13,068 nucleotides of DNA from NCBI GenBank assembly GCA_049509455.1, contig JBEKZX010000075.1, positions 1-13,068 of the forward strand. The letters are read 5' to 3'. Both the position numbers and the translations under genes were made by a program. Shown one piece after another: positions 1 to 7,475 of the stretch. Each line of letters starts with the position of its first letter. The stretch's first letter is position 1. Source of the DNA: Conexivisphaerales archaeon (GTDB lineage: Archaea; Thermoproteota; Nitrososphaeria; Conexivisphaerales; DTJL01). Under the pieces are notes generated by a model. The model saw only the letters and a list, made by a program, of their open reading frames with translations. It made no database searches and was not told the DNA's origin.

Positions 1-1338
1 CCCCTTCTCGTTCCTGAAGGCGTGAATGACTGCCGCGATTCCGACGAAGAAGAAGTAGATCATCGAAGCGATTACCGCCGCGTAGAGCGACTGGAAGCCT
101 CCGTAGAGTACCGCGCCTGCCGCGACCAAGCCTACCGTGACCACCAATTCCAAGAGGAGCGTAACGACGGGAGAGCCGTACCTGGGACTGATCGTAGCCA
201 ACCTCTCAGGGAGGAACCTGTCGAACGCCTGCGCGAAGATGTACCTTGAAGTGACGATGATTCCGTATGCGAGCACGGCCAGGGTCCACAGAACCCAACC
301 TATGCCCAGGAACCAGGCCACGTAGGTGTTATTCACCGCGCCCATGGCGAGGGTCCAGAAGTTGAACGAGTAGGTGTACACCAGCGTCGGGTTCGAAAGG
401 GCGGCCGTCACGAACTGGAAGCCGCCTGCGTAGTACATCGCGCCGAAGGCAGTGGTGACGAGTATCATCACCAAGAATGAGGCGATAGGAACGTTCCACT
501 TGATTGCGCGGGTTCCCTTGATTTCAGACGCGACTGCGGGGCCGGCGTTGAGCCATGGGTAGACGAAGATTGCGAAGAATGGCAGAAGGAATAGGGACCC
601 AGCCCAGTTGAAGGTGGAGCCCGTGTAGCTGGACGCCACGGCGTTATAACTGATCGTAGGGTCGTTGACGGCGCTGGAGAGTCCGTTCATGTAGTTCGCG
701 ACGCCGGTCTGGCCGGCGCTGACGAGGGCGAGTATCCCCACCACCATCGCGACCACGCCCACGAGAGCGAGAACGGAGACGAGCCTGTAGCCGTACTTGG
801 GTTTGAAGATGTTGATTCCTATCAGGATGGCGAATATCAGCGCTCCCACTACGAGTTGTACGTATGGCGTCGAACCGGCGAGGTCTCCGGGCAGTGCGAG
901 GCCTAAGGAGAAAGAGCTAGACGGATAGAAGAATAGGCCAACGGAACCAATTGCGAATATTGCTGAAAGGGCGATTAGGGCCAGATATGCCATGGTCTCG
1001 ACCGTGTAGCCCATGAACGACAGTGCGCTTCCGAAGAGGCCGCCGTACGTCCTCGACACCCAGATGTAGTCCCCCCCTGTGCGTGAAACCCTCCTCGTCA
1101 TCATAGTGTAGACGACTATTTCGGGTATGGATAGGATGAACGCTATGAGTGAGGCACCTACCAGGTTGACGCCGGATACGGAAGAAGGAAGAGCCACCAT
1201 GGTGAAGCCGATGGTCGCAAGGGCCGCTCCGGCAGACATGTTGCTTACGTTTAGAGCTATTGCGTCGAACATGGATACGTTCTTGACTAGACCTGTGCTT
1301 TCTCTGACGAAAACGGATGACCGTTCTTTCTCGGTCAT
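1..1338 (-). CDS. APC-superfamily amino acid/polyamine permease (3' end runs off the left edge)
   Basis: Not in the ORF track because the stop lies outside the window. Manual translation from ATG at 1338 gives an open frame to the edge: MTEKERSSVFVRESTGLVKNVSMFDAIALNVSNMSAGAAL...SRTGGDYIWVSRTYGGLFG...AGPAVASEIKG...SRYIFAQAFDRFLPERLATISPRYGSPVV. It has many hydrophobic segments plus the APC-typical 'GGxYxW.SR', 'EIK' and 'SR..FA...DR.LP' motifs. Confidence 0.93.
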   Translation of the reverse strand, partial: MTEKERSSVFVRESTGLVKNVSMFDAIALNVSNMSAGAALATIGFTMVALPSSVSGVNLVGASLIAFILSIPEIVVYTMMTRRVSRTGGDYIWVSRTYGGLFGSALSFMGYTVETMAYLALIALSAIFAIGSVGLFFYPSSSFSLGLALPGDLAGSTPYVQLVVGALIFAILIGINIFKPKYGYRLVSVLALVGVVAMVVGILALVSAGQTGVANYMNGLSSAVNDPTISYNAVASSYTGSTFNWAGSLFLLPFFAIFVYPWLNAGPAVASEIKGTRAIKWNVPIASFLVMILVTTAFGAMYYAGGFQFVTAALSNPTLVYTYSFNFWTLAMGAVNNTYVAWFLGIGWVLWTLAVLAYGIIVTSRYIFAQAFDRFLPERLATISPRYGSPVVTLLLELVVTVGLVAAGAVLYGGFQSLYAAVIASMIYFFFVGIAAVIHAFRNEKG

Positions 1339-1360
1339 AACATGGAGTCGTGTTAGCGCC

Positions 1361-1375
1361 GATTTAAGCCTTTAC
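1361..1375 (-). promoter_or_regulatory. Archaeal BRE/TATA promoter of the APC permease
   Basis: The minus strand reads GTAAAGG-CTTAAATC. TTAAAT (1367-1362) lies 24 nt before the ATG at 1338, which fits a leaderless transcript. Confidence 0.65.
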
Positions 1376-1620
1376 TGGTGGGAGCAATCTGCAGTCTAAG
1401 TTCGAAAATCGTCGCACTTTGATGCCAACAAGCCTTCAGCTCCGACTTGGATCGATTGCTTCACGAGGAACTTCGGACTTGCTCCCTGCGGTTCATGCCA
1501 AATGGGCTACAGGGCGTAGCGGGGTACCGGTTTTATCACGGACGCAAAGGTCGCTTATGCCGACCCCGCCAGCAACCCACATATATGCTCGCATCGCACA
1601 GGACACAACGTAAGGCTGCC

Positions 1621-2673
1621 TTGACGTCACCAGAAAGGGTTCGCGTCTACTTTGGGCCGGGCGGAGAGACGTTCGAAGCCGAAAGGGAGCCACGCAGCAT
1701 GGTCGACGTCGAAAAGCTGCGCGCGGACCTGAAGATCCCCTCCTACGTGGACCTCAAGCCGACGGTGATGCGCAGGGCCATCGTGGCCCTCTGGGCCGCG
1801 ACCACGGCACCGTCGACCTTCGGGAAAACCCGGGATAGGAGGAAGCTGGACTCCCCCCTACAGCCTCTTCTGATGGGCGGCGCCGCCGTCAAGGTCCTGA
1901 GCGCCAGCGCCAACGAAGTGGGAGGCCCCATGAACCGCAAGATCCACGACCTTGACTTCATCCTGCCCAAGAGCCAGGCCGGGAAGTTCGTGCAGGTGCT
2001 CTCTTGCCTGGAGGCCGTCGCTGGCTCCGAGTACATGCACTTCCTCACCTCGAACGACAGGAGGTTCAACGCCCTGCGAGCGGGCGAGAGGTACAGGGCA
2101 AGGGGCATCGACTGGGGCGAGGACGGACAGCCCTCGCCCAGCGTAGTTGACATACTCGTTGACAGGATAGAAATGCGCCACCGCATCAACGTACGAGAGG
2201 AGTTCGCCCTCTCGGAGAGGAACTTCCACACGATTGGGATGGAGAAGCTCATCATATCGAAATGTCAGCTGATCAACGAATACGACCCCAAGGTCGTCAG
2301 CCTTCCGCAGAGCGCAGCTTGCAGGATCCTCCGGTATCCGCCCTACAGAAAGGACAGGACCATCCTCGGTATGGAGGAGAAGGACATGCTGGATGTCTCC
2401 GCGCTCTTCATTGACGGAGGAGAGGACGGCCGGTTGGACATCGGGAGGCTGAGGCGGGCGCTGGACGACCGGAAGTTGCTTCTCACCGTCCGGTTGAACT
2501 TGGAGAACCTCGTTTCGGCGGAAAACTGGATGAAGACCAGGGGCCTCAACGGACATCAGATATCGCGCGTTCACGAAACGGGCAGGCGTATCCTTTCTGC
2601 GCTCCCCGTCGTTGACCAGGCCTGGTCCAAGCCCTGGTGGAACACCAACGTGGAAACACCTCTTGTAACCTGA
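1621..2673 (+). CDS. Pol-beta-superfamily nucleotidyltransferase (DUF1814/AbiEii/DUF2204-like motif pattern), function unknown
   Basis: Long ORF with strongly GC3-biased codons from about 1621. Motifs: LMGGAAV, RKIHDLDF (hDhD), VVDIL (third Asp), MEKLIISK and EKDMLD. The start is uncertain: TTG 1621 (TATA-like CATATATG at 1580-1587), ATG 1699 (GGAG 9 nt upstream) or ATG 1585. The track start at 1447 is probably too early. Confidence 0.75.
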   Translation: MTSPERVRVYFGPGGETFEAEREPRSMVDVEKLRADLKIPSYVDLKPTVMRRAIVALWAATTAPSTFGKTRDRRKLDSPLQPLLMGGAAVKVLSASANEVGGPMNRKIHDLDFILPKSQAGKFVQVLSCLEAVAGSEYMHFLTSNDRRFNALRAGERYRARGIDWGEDGQPSPSVVDILVDRIEMRHRINVREEFALSERNFHTIGMEKLIISKCQLINEYDPKVVSLPQSAACRILRYPPYRKDRTILGMEEKDMLDVSALFIDGGEDGRLDIGRLRRALDDRKLLLTVRLNLENLVSAENWMKTRGLNGHQISRVHETGRRILSALPVVDQAWSKPWWNTNVETPLVT

Positions 2674-2698
2674 CACGCCCAGGCTTCCGACGACCAGG

Positions 2699-2721
2699 CT
2701 CCATGCATTCGTAGCATGGAG
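2699..2721 (+). terminator. Hairpin downstream of the nucleotidyltransferase gene (possible terminator or 3' stability element)
   Basis: CTCCATGC-attcgta-GCATGGAG forms an 8-bp perfect stem with a 7-nt loop, 25 nt after the stop at 2673. Confidence 0.3.
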
Positions 2722-2808
2722 GCGTGGATGGAGATCGCTGTACTCGCAAGAAGCGCCGGGAGAGGGATTTGAACGCCATTTTACTAGTAAGAGGACTTTG
2801 AGTATGAG

Positions 2809-2815
2809 AAAAAAA
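2809..2815 (-). terminator. Oligo-T terminator of the HEPN-like gene
   Basis: A7 on the + strand (T7 on the -) begins 8 nt after the TGA at 2826-2824. Confidence 0.5.
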
Positions 2816-2823
2816 GATGAACC

Positions 2824-3538
2824 TCAAAGCTTCGCATGTTTTCCAGCGATCAGCGCTTTTTCCAAGTCTTGCAAGCTGAAGTTGTATCGCGGCCCTTTCA
2901 GTATGATCTTGGACCTTTTAGATCCGGACCCTGGGCGTGCAAGGTAATTGAACGCCAAGCCCCTCGAGAGCAACTTCCAGTTCTCAGTCGCCCTTGTCAG
3001 GTCCAGAAAGAGTATGTCAGGGCTTACAGTGAGCCAGAGTTCTTGATTGGATGCGATGCTGTAGCCTAGGAATTCGCGCGGGCGCGGCCTTGAGCGCACG
3101 ATGTCCAATTGCCGGCCGAGCGCGGCCCCAGTCAAGGATATCGCAAACTGCTTGGTCGGAGAGATCTGCTACGATCTGTTGGTATTGATGTGCTTGTCCA
3201 TTTCTGATGAGATCAAAGATAGCCCATAAAAGCTCGTCTCCTTTCGTGCTTCGGTAGGGCAAATCAAACTCGTCAAAGTCTGCGCAGAACCCAGGTAGCC
3301 TAGTGAAGCATTTCGGCTCAATCTTATGGAGTTCCGAAGAGAAATCAGAAATGGCTGAACTTGCAGCATCACCCCAGCAGAGTCTTGAAGCAAATTCAAG
3401 GATGCACATGGCTTGCCGTGCGAACATGAAATTTCCCCTTGATTTGGCGGATGGATTCCAGGCGACCGAATTCCAAGCGTCTTCGAAATCTCCCGCCATG
3501 AAGCTGTACAGGGTTTCGGGAGGGAGGTTTAGACTCAC
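2824..3538 (-). pseudogene. Frameshifted HEPN-like protein (about 238 aa if repaired) with an RNGQAHQY (RX4HXY) motif
   Basis: ORF 3538->3017 reads as protein-like up to ...WAIFDLIRNGQAHQYQQIVADLSD. The reading then continues in another frame as KQFAISLTGAALGRQLDIV...ALIAGKHAKL* (track ORF 2824..3135, open from 3168). The shift falls between 3136 and 3168. There is a TATA upstream and a T7 terminator after the second-frame stop. Confidence 0.65.
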
Positions 3539-3560
3539 ATCAAATCATGTGAGAGAGAAG

Positions 3561-3567
3561 TATTTAT
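3561..3567 (-). promoter_or_regulatory. TATA box of the HEPN-like gene
   Basis: ATAAATA on the minus strand, 23 nt before the GTG at 3538. Confidence 0.5.
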
Positions 3568-3870
3568 TGTCAAGACAGCCAGTCTTGGACACCGAGCGAT
3601 TCCAATGGATGGCTCATACTTCATTATCGGTCCAAATAGTAATGCAAGTGATTCAGCGGTGGACTGCCCGAGTATTGGAAGAGCCGGAGTCGTGGCGCAG
3701 TATCAGTTACACGTACATCAACTCGTGTCCTGATATACACCTCCCGATTAGTATAGTGATCCAGAGCACCGGAGACAATCCTGTAATGATACTCCAATAC
3801 TGCGCGAAGTTCAATCCGACGCTCATCAGGAATAAGATCGGCTGAAAGATCTTTTCAAGGTGCCTTGGAA

Positions 3871-3886
3871 GAGAGAAAGGTATATC
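3871..3886 (+). promoter_or_regulatory. BRE/TATA promoter of the antitoxin-VapC operon
   Basis: A purine-rich GAGAGAAAGG is followed by TATATC, about 30 nt before ATG 3915. Confidence 0.55.
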
Positions 3887-3914
3887 ACGTAGGATTAAAC
3901 CCCCTAAAACGAAT

Positions 3915-4100
3915 ATGGCCACGAGGAAGCGAAGGTCTCAAGTCGTTCCAGTCTATGAGAAATTAGAGCCCGGGTCATGTTACATCATAAGCAAGAGTAA
4001 GAAAGATCTGTTGGTAGCATGCAATCGGGAAGGCAATGTGGAAGTCAAGAGAGTTCCTATACCGAAGAGAAGCGCCGAAGAAAGGCGCATGAATGAATGA
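3915..4100 (+). CDS. Small basic protein, putative VapB-like antitoxin (possibly a diverged AbrB-type)
   Basis: 61 aa with its own promoter. Its stop overlaps the PIN gene start (ATGA at 4097-4100). EKLEPGSCYII weakly resembles the AbrB 'L.i.pGd.v.i' segment. Confidence 0.65.
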   Translation: MATRKRRSQVVPVYEKLEPGSCYIISKSKKDLLVACNREGNVEVKRVPIPKRSAEERRMNE

Positions 4101-4540
4101 AGTCGCTCTTCGACACAATGCTCTATGTATCTTGGCACACCTCAGGCAGGCTACCTGAGAAGTGGCAACGCGCTTGGGACGAATGTGCATACAACGGGAC
4201 GCTGCTAATCAACGAGCTTTTGATTTCGGAGATTTACAACCAGTTGGCAAGAACAGTAGGCTACGAGAGCGCTCAAAATTGCATTATGAAAATTAAGAGT
4301 CTAAAGGGAATTAAGATGTTTCCGATAGATGAAGATGACAATCTGGCTATGGATGCGGGCCGGATACGGCTAATAGCAAAGCAGCATAAGTTGAATATCT
4401 CCCTAGTAGACTCCTACCTTATTTCGATTTCAAGGAAGACAGGCGCTAGGATTCACACGACCGACCACGTGATCAGAGACTTGGCCCGAGTAGTAAAGTG
4501 TGAAATGAACTACCTTCCATTAGCTGAAATCGGCGAGTAA
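4097..4540 (+). CDS. vapC: PIN-domain ribonuclease (VapC-type toxin)
   Basis: 147 aa carrying the PIN acidic set: SLFDT (D6), LISEIY (E45), NISLVDS (D105) and HTTD (D123). It is coupled to a small upstream gene. Confidence 0.88.
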   Translation: MKSLFDTMLYVSWHTSGRLPEKWQRAWDECAYNGTLLINELLISEIYNQLARTVGYESAQNCIMKIKSLKGIKMFPIDEDDNLAMDAGRIRLIAKQHKLNISLVDSYLISISRKTGARIHTTDHVIRDLARVVKCEMNYLPLAEIGE

Positions 4541-4693
4541 TATGGGACACCTTTCTGCACGGGGTACTGTAAAGTCTTCGGTTGACGGGGCGAGGTACCT
4601 GATTCTTCAGCAAGCGACAACTTGACAGCGCCCACAAAACTACTTATTATCTCGCCGCACCCCGTGGGGCCAAGGTCCCTCGCACCGACCTCC

Positions 4694-4700
4694 TTTTTTT
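4694..4700 (+). terminator. Possible oligo-T terminator of the vapC operon
   Basis: T7 run after a GC-rich stretch. It is about 150 nt past the vapC stop, so the assignment is weak. Confidence 0.3.
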
Positions 4701-4720
4701 CGGAAACGCGCCTAAAGCTT

Positions 4721-4742
4721 TTTCCCAGTATTTACTGGTATT
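4721..4742. promoter_or_regulatory. Operator copy A (TTTCCCAG-N6-CTGGGAAA family) upstream of the glutamic peptidase
   Basis: TTTCCCAG-TATTTA-CTGGTATT matches 13 of 16 arm positions. It is followed by CACTTAATAC (TATA-like) and ends 37 nt before ATG 4779. Confidence 0.7.
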
Positions 4743-4778
4743 CACTTAATACATATTCTAAGAACACCGTTCCATGCC

Positions 4779-5939
4779 ATGCAAAGAACCATATTGACAA
4801 TGGCGGTTCTTCTCGTTCTTCTGCTTTCTCCATTGATATCCGTCAAGGCGAACGGCGAAACCATCGGCACTCCGGAACAACCAAGCGAGGCCATCACGAT
4901 CAGGCAGGCGACCGCCGAAGCGTCATCGACTTTCAACGCCGCCGAGGCCATCGACACCGTCACCAAGGACGCAGTCTTCGGCACGGCGACGAACCAGCTG
5001 CAGTGGTCTCTAGCCAACTTTGGGTACGACTGGCAACTCGATAACGGTGCACCAAGAATCACGGACGTCGAATTGTTCTTCCTCCTTTCGAATCAGACCG
5101 GGCCGGTAGGCTGGCTCGTCGCGACCGTGACGCCTAACCTTGAGAACCTGCTTTCGTTATCGTCCGAAGGAGCGGTGTATCATTACACGGTGAACTTCAA
5201 CTACAGCTGGGCTGGCTACGAGTTCTACAACTCAAAGATCCCCGGCAAGACTCCCATCTATGAATCAACCCAAAGCTGGACCATACCCTCCGTCTCTCAG
5301 CCCTGGTCAGGCGCCTGCTCGAGCTTCGTCTGCGACTACTCGGTGTGGGCCGGCTTGACCGACCAGGAGGGCGGTGGCACGTCCGGTCAGAGCGGCTACG
5401 GCATCGTGCAAGCAGGATTCGATTCATGCATAGGCAGCACCTATTGGGTGGGCCTGGCATGCAACGGGCAGTCATTCGATGGATGGTTCGAGGTCTTTCC
5501 AGCCATCACACAATTCCCCATCAACTTCAACGCCAATTCAGGGGACTCGGTCTACTCGGACGTATACAGCTACGGCGCTCAAGGATCTAACTATTGGGAC
5601 TACTCCATAGTGCTGCTTGATTACACCGCGAACACGGGATATTCAACCGATACTAGCTTCGGCAACTTCAGCAAAACGGACATGGGGGTTCCGTACTACG
5701 CCGACGCGATGACCGAACAAATCGGCTCTCCCCTGCCGCAATTCAACCGGGTAAACATTACCTCGGATGTGCTCGTGAACGGGACATCCGAATCGGTGTA
5801 CAACCTGTTCCAGAGTCCTTACCAGTACTATATCTTGAACGAAGAACTCAATTCGACAGGCTCCGTGGCGGTGGGAACGACCGTAGTCTACTCGAGCGGA
5901 ATCTTCAGCACGGTCTGGTTAACCAGCCAAGGAACGTAG
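4779..5939 (+). CDS. Secreted glutamic peptidase, family G1 (eqolisin/scytalidoglutamic-like; Pfam Peptidase_A4-like), with signal peptide and probable propeptide
   Basis: N-terminal signal peptide (MQRT + hydrophobic core + VKA). G1 motifs occur in the correct order: YSWAGY, WTIPSVS, SVWAGL, IVQAG (Q211), GWFEVFP, SGDSV, ADAMTEQ (E313), LPQFNRVNI. There are two Cys pairs (C180/C185, C217/C228) and six N-x-S/T sequons. Confidence 0.85.
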   Translation: MQRTILTMAVLLVLLLSPLISVKANGETIGTPEQPSEAITIRQATAEASSTFNAAEAIDTVTKDAVFGTATNQLQWSLANFGYDWQLDNGAPRITDVELFFLLSNQTGPVGWLVATVTPNLENLLSLSSEGAVYHYTVNFNYSWAGYEFYNSKIPGKTPIYESTQSWTIPSVSQPWSGACSSFVCDYSVWAGLTDQEGGGTSGQSGYGIVQAGFDSCIGSTYWVGLACNGQSFDGWFEVFPAITQFPINFNANSGDSVYSDVYSYGAQGSNYWDYSIVLLDYTANTGYSTDTSFGNFSKTDMGVPYYADAMTEQIGSPLPQFNRVNITSDVLVNGTSESVYNLFQSPYQYYILNEELNSTGSVAVGTTVVYSSGIFSTVWLTSQGT

Positions 5940-5956
5940 CAGTCAACCACATCTGC

Positions 5957-5963
5957 TTTTTTT
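5957..5963 (+). terminator. Oligo-T terminator of the peptidase gene
   Basis: T7 run 17 nt after the TAG at 5937-5939. Confidence 0.55.
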
Positions 5964-6050
5964 GGAGTCCGACCCACAATGGATCAGGATCGAAGCCCGC
6001 TTCGGGAAAAGGGTCCCGGGTCCCCATGCCTAGGCGGTGGGGCGAAGGTC

Positions 6051-6728
6051 TCAGAGCACGACAAAGTGGAGCAGGACGATCCCTCCCCATTCGTCGCCAC
6101 CCACAACCGTGTAGACACCAGGATCAAAACTCTTGAAGCTGCCCCCGACGTAGTATCCTGAGAAGACCATGACTGCAGTCATGGAGGCTTCCGAGCCCTG
6201 ACAGCTAAGCGACGGGCCGCATACTTCTAGGTAAGTTGCGTTGTCACCGAGCGGATGGAAGACAAACCCCGCGATGGCGTATTCAACGGGGCAGTGATAA
6301 GCAACGGGCGGCCCCTCATAGAGTTCGAGAGGCTCGGCGGACTGCAAGTCCCCGATGGAGAGGTTCCCGCTGAAGACGAGGATCCCCATGGGAAGGTTCG
6401 ATGGCCCGCAAGGCCCCGTCCCAAAGCCTTCGTACTGCCATTGGCCGGCCGCCGACACTTGGAGGTCTTGGGAAGACGGGTTGTACATCCAGACCGAAAT
6501 CAGGACCTCTTCCCCTTCGGGTATCGAAGTGCCATTGACGGACAGGTGCAACTGTAGTCCGCGAATTGACTGGACGGAAACCGACGAGGCCGCTGGGGCG
6601 TAATCGTCGCCTGCCAGGTGGGGCCCCCACTCTAGAAGAGCGCCGGACATCACAGCCAACGTCACCATCGCCAAGGCCGCCAATTCGAGGCTTTTTCGGA
6701 GCAAGCCCTTCCCCTCAATCGGATTCAT
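6051..6728 (-). CDS. Membrane-anchored exported beta-rich (Ig-like) protein, function unknown
   Basis: An N-terminal hydrophobic anchor (LELAALAMVTLAVMSGALL) is followed by a beta-strand-rich domain with 4 Cys (GPCGP, HCP, VCGPSLSC), sequons (NGT, NLS, NAT) and a C-terminal PGVYTVVGGDEWG..LLHF strand motif. The start is ATG 6728 or ATG 6752. Confidence 0.8.
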   Translation of the reverse strand: MNPIEGKGLLRKSLELAALAMVTLAVMSGALLEWGPHLAGDDYAPAASSVSVQSIRGLQLHLSVNGTSIPEGEEVLISVWMYNPSSQDLQVSAAGQWQYEGFGTGPCGPSNLPMGILVFSGNLSIGDLQSAEPLELYEGPPVAYHCPVEYAIAGFVFHPLGDNATYLEVCGPSLSCQGSEASMTAVMVFSGYYVGGSFKSFDPGVYTVVGGDEWGGIVLLHFVVL

Positions 6729-6823
6729 GTCCGTCCCCGAGGGAACTGCCATTCAAATCCTCAACAGCCCCCCGCTTCCACAACATGGATCGATGAACTA
6801 TTTGTGCCGACGACTAATGGGCG

Positions 6824-6845
6824 TTTCCCAGCATAAACTGGGAAA
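6824..6845. promoter_or_regulatory. Operator copy B (perfect palindrome) between the divergent surface-protein and regulator genes
   Basis: TTTCCCAG-CATAAA-CTGGGAAA has perfect 8-bp arms. It ends 7 nt before the regulator ATG at 6853 and 38 nt before a minus-strand ATG at 6786. Confidence 0.8.
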
Positions 6846-6852
6846 ACCTAAT

Positions 6853-7370
6853 ATGTGGAGAAGGGGAAATTGGCTCCGAGACGTGAGGCTATCAACCATC
6901 GGGACGCTGCTGATCACAGTACTTGCCGTGCTAGTCACTTCCTTCTTCCTCCTGAACCTCACTTCCCCGCCATTTGGCCATGGAACGGCCTCTGGGGGGA
7001 TTGCCGAGGAGGTGCTCGGGGTGCTGGCCCTCCCAGTCACGACCCTGAGCTGGGCAATGGTAGGGTTGGCGTTCATCGTCGACAGGAACGGAAGATTGGC
7101 AATGAGGAAGGCCGGCGTCGACGAGGAAGTTTACGACGTAATGGTGAAGATGAGGGGAGCGAAGTCGAGGCTGGCAACAAGCCTAGGCACCGATCCGAAC
7201 TTGCGGAAATCACTGGCCTGGACTGGAAGGAGGTGGACCGCGACCTTGAGCTGCTTGAGAAGTACGGAATCGTATCCCTGTTCGCTGAATCAGGGGCCAT
7301 CAAGATCTACGGGCTCACCCAGCAAGGGAGGCTGCTCGTGGACCTCTTGACCGAGATGCTGAAGGATTGA
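6853..7370 (+). pseudogene. Frameshifted membrane-anchored winged-HTH (ArsR-like) transcription regulator: 2 TM + C-terminal wHTH
   Basis: Frame 1 (track 6727..7350) encodes two TM helices and ...VYDVMVKMRGAKSRLA. Near 7177 the sensible reading moves to frame 3 (track 6855..7370): KPRHRSELAEITGLDWKEVDRDLELLEKYGIV...YGLTQQGRLLVDLL*, a clear wHTH with the 'Y.LT..G' wing. The net loss is 3n+1 nt. The start is ATG 6853 or GTG 6883. Confidence 0.8.
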
Positions 7371-7417
7371 ACTATGTTGGGTGGTATTCGTGCGAAATAC
7401 TCACAAGGATTTCAGCC

Positions 7418-7439
7418 TTTCTCATACCGCTCTGGGAAA
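7418..7439. promoter_or_regulatory. Operator copy C upstream of the 196-aa surface protein
   Basis: TTTCTCAT-ACCGCT-CTGGGAAA matches 14 of 16 arm positions. It is followed by CTCTCATATC and ends 37 nt before ATG 7476. Confidence 0.72.
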
Positions 7440-7475
7440 CTCTCATATCGGACCTCGGAGACAATCTGCTAAGCG

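Noticed and set aside
1361-1382. TTTACTGGT shared between the APC promoter and operator copy A, as a possible fourth operator
   Set aside because: The left arm does not match TTTCCCAG and the 9-mer overlaps the permease BRE. It is best explained as chance.
1858-2676. 272-aa minus-strand ORF, plus similar track ORFs such as 1743..2255, 4622..5044, 4742..5062, 6255..6557, 8318..8602 and 12432..12785
   Set aside because: They are antisense or alternate-frame shadows of genes that have clear motifs. High GC3 coding DNA produces such shadows.
2781-2790. Perfect 10-bp palindrome TTACTAGTAA
   Set aside because: It is short, single-copy, and lies between convergent genes with no promoter context.
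3303-3845. 180-aa plus-strand ORF and 71-aa hydrophobic minus-strand ORF (3707..3922)
   Set aside because: The first overlaps the HEPN-like gene and its promoter in antisense. The second overlaps the vapC operon promoter and start. Neither has a motif or its own promoter.
7165-7190. Programmed -1 ribosomal frameshift in regulator 1
   Set aside because: There is no slippery heptamer, and a -1 shift alone would still leave wHTH helix 1 short.
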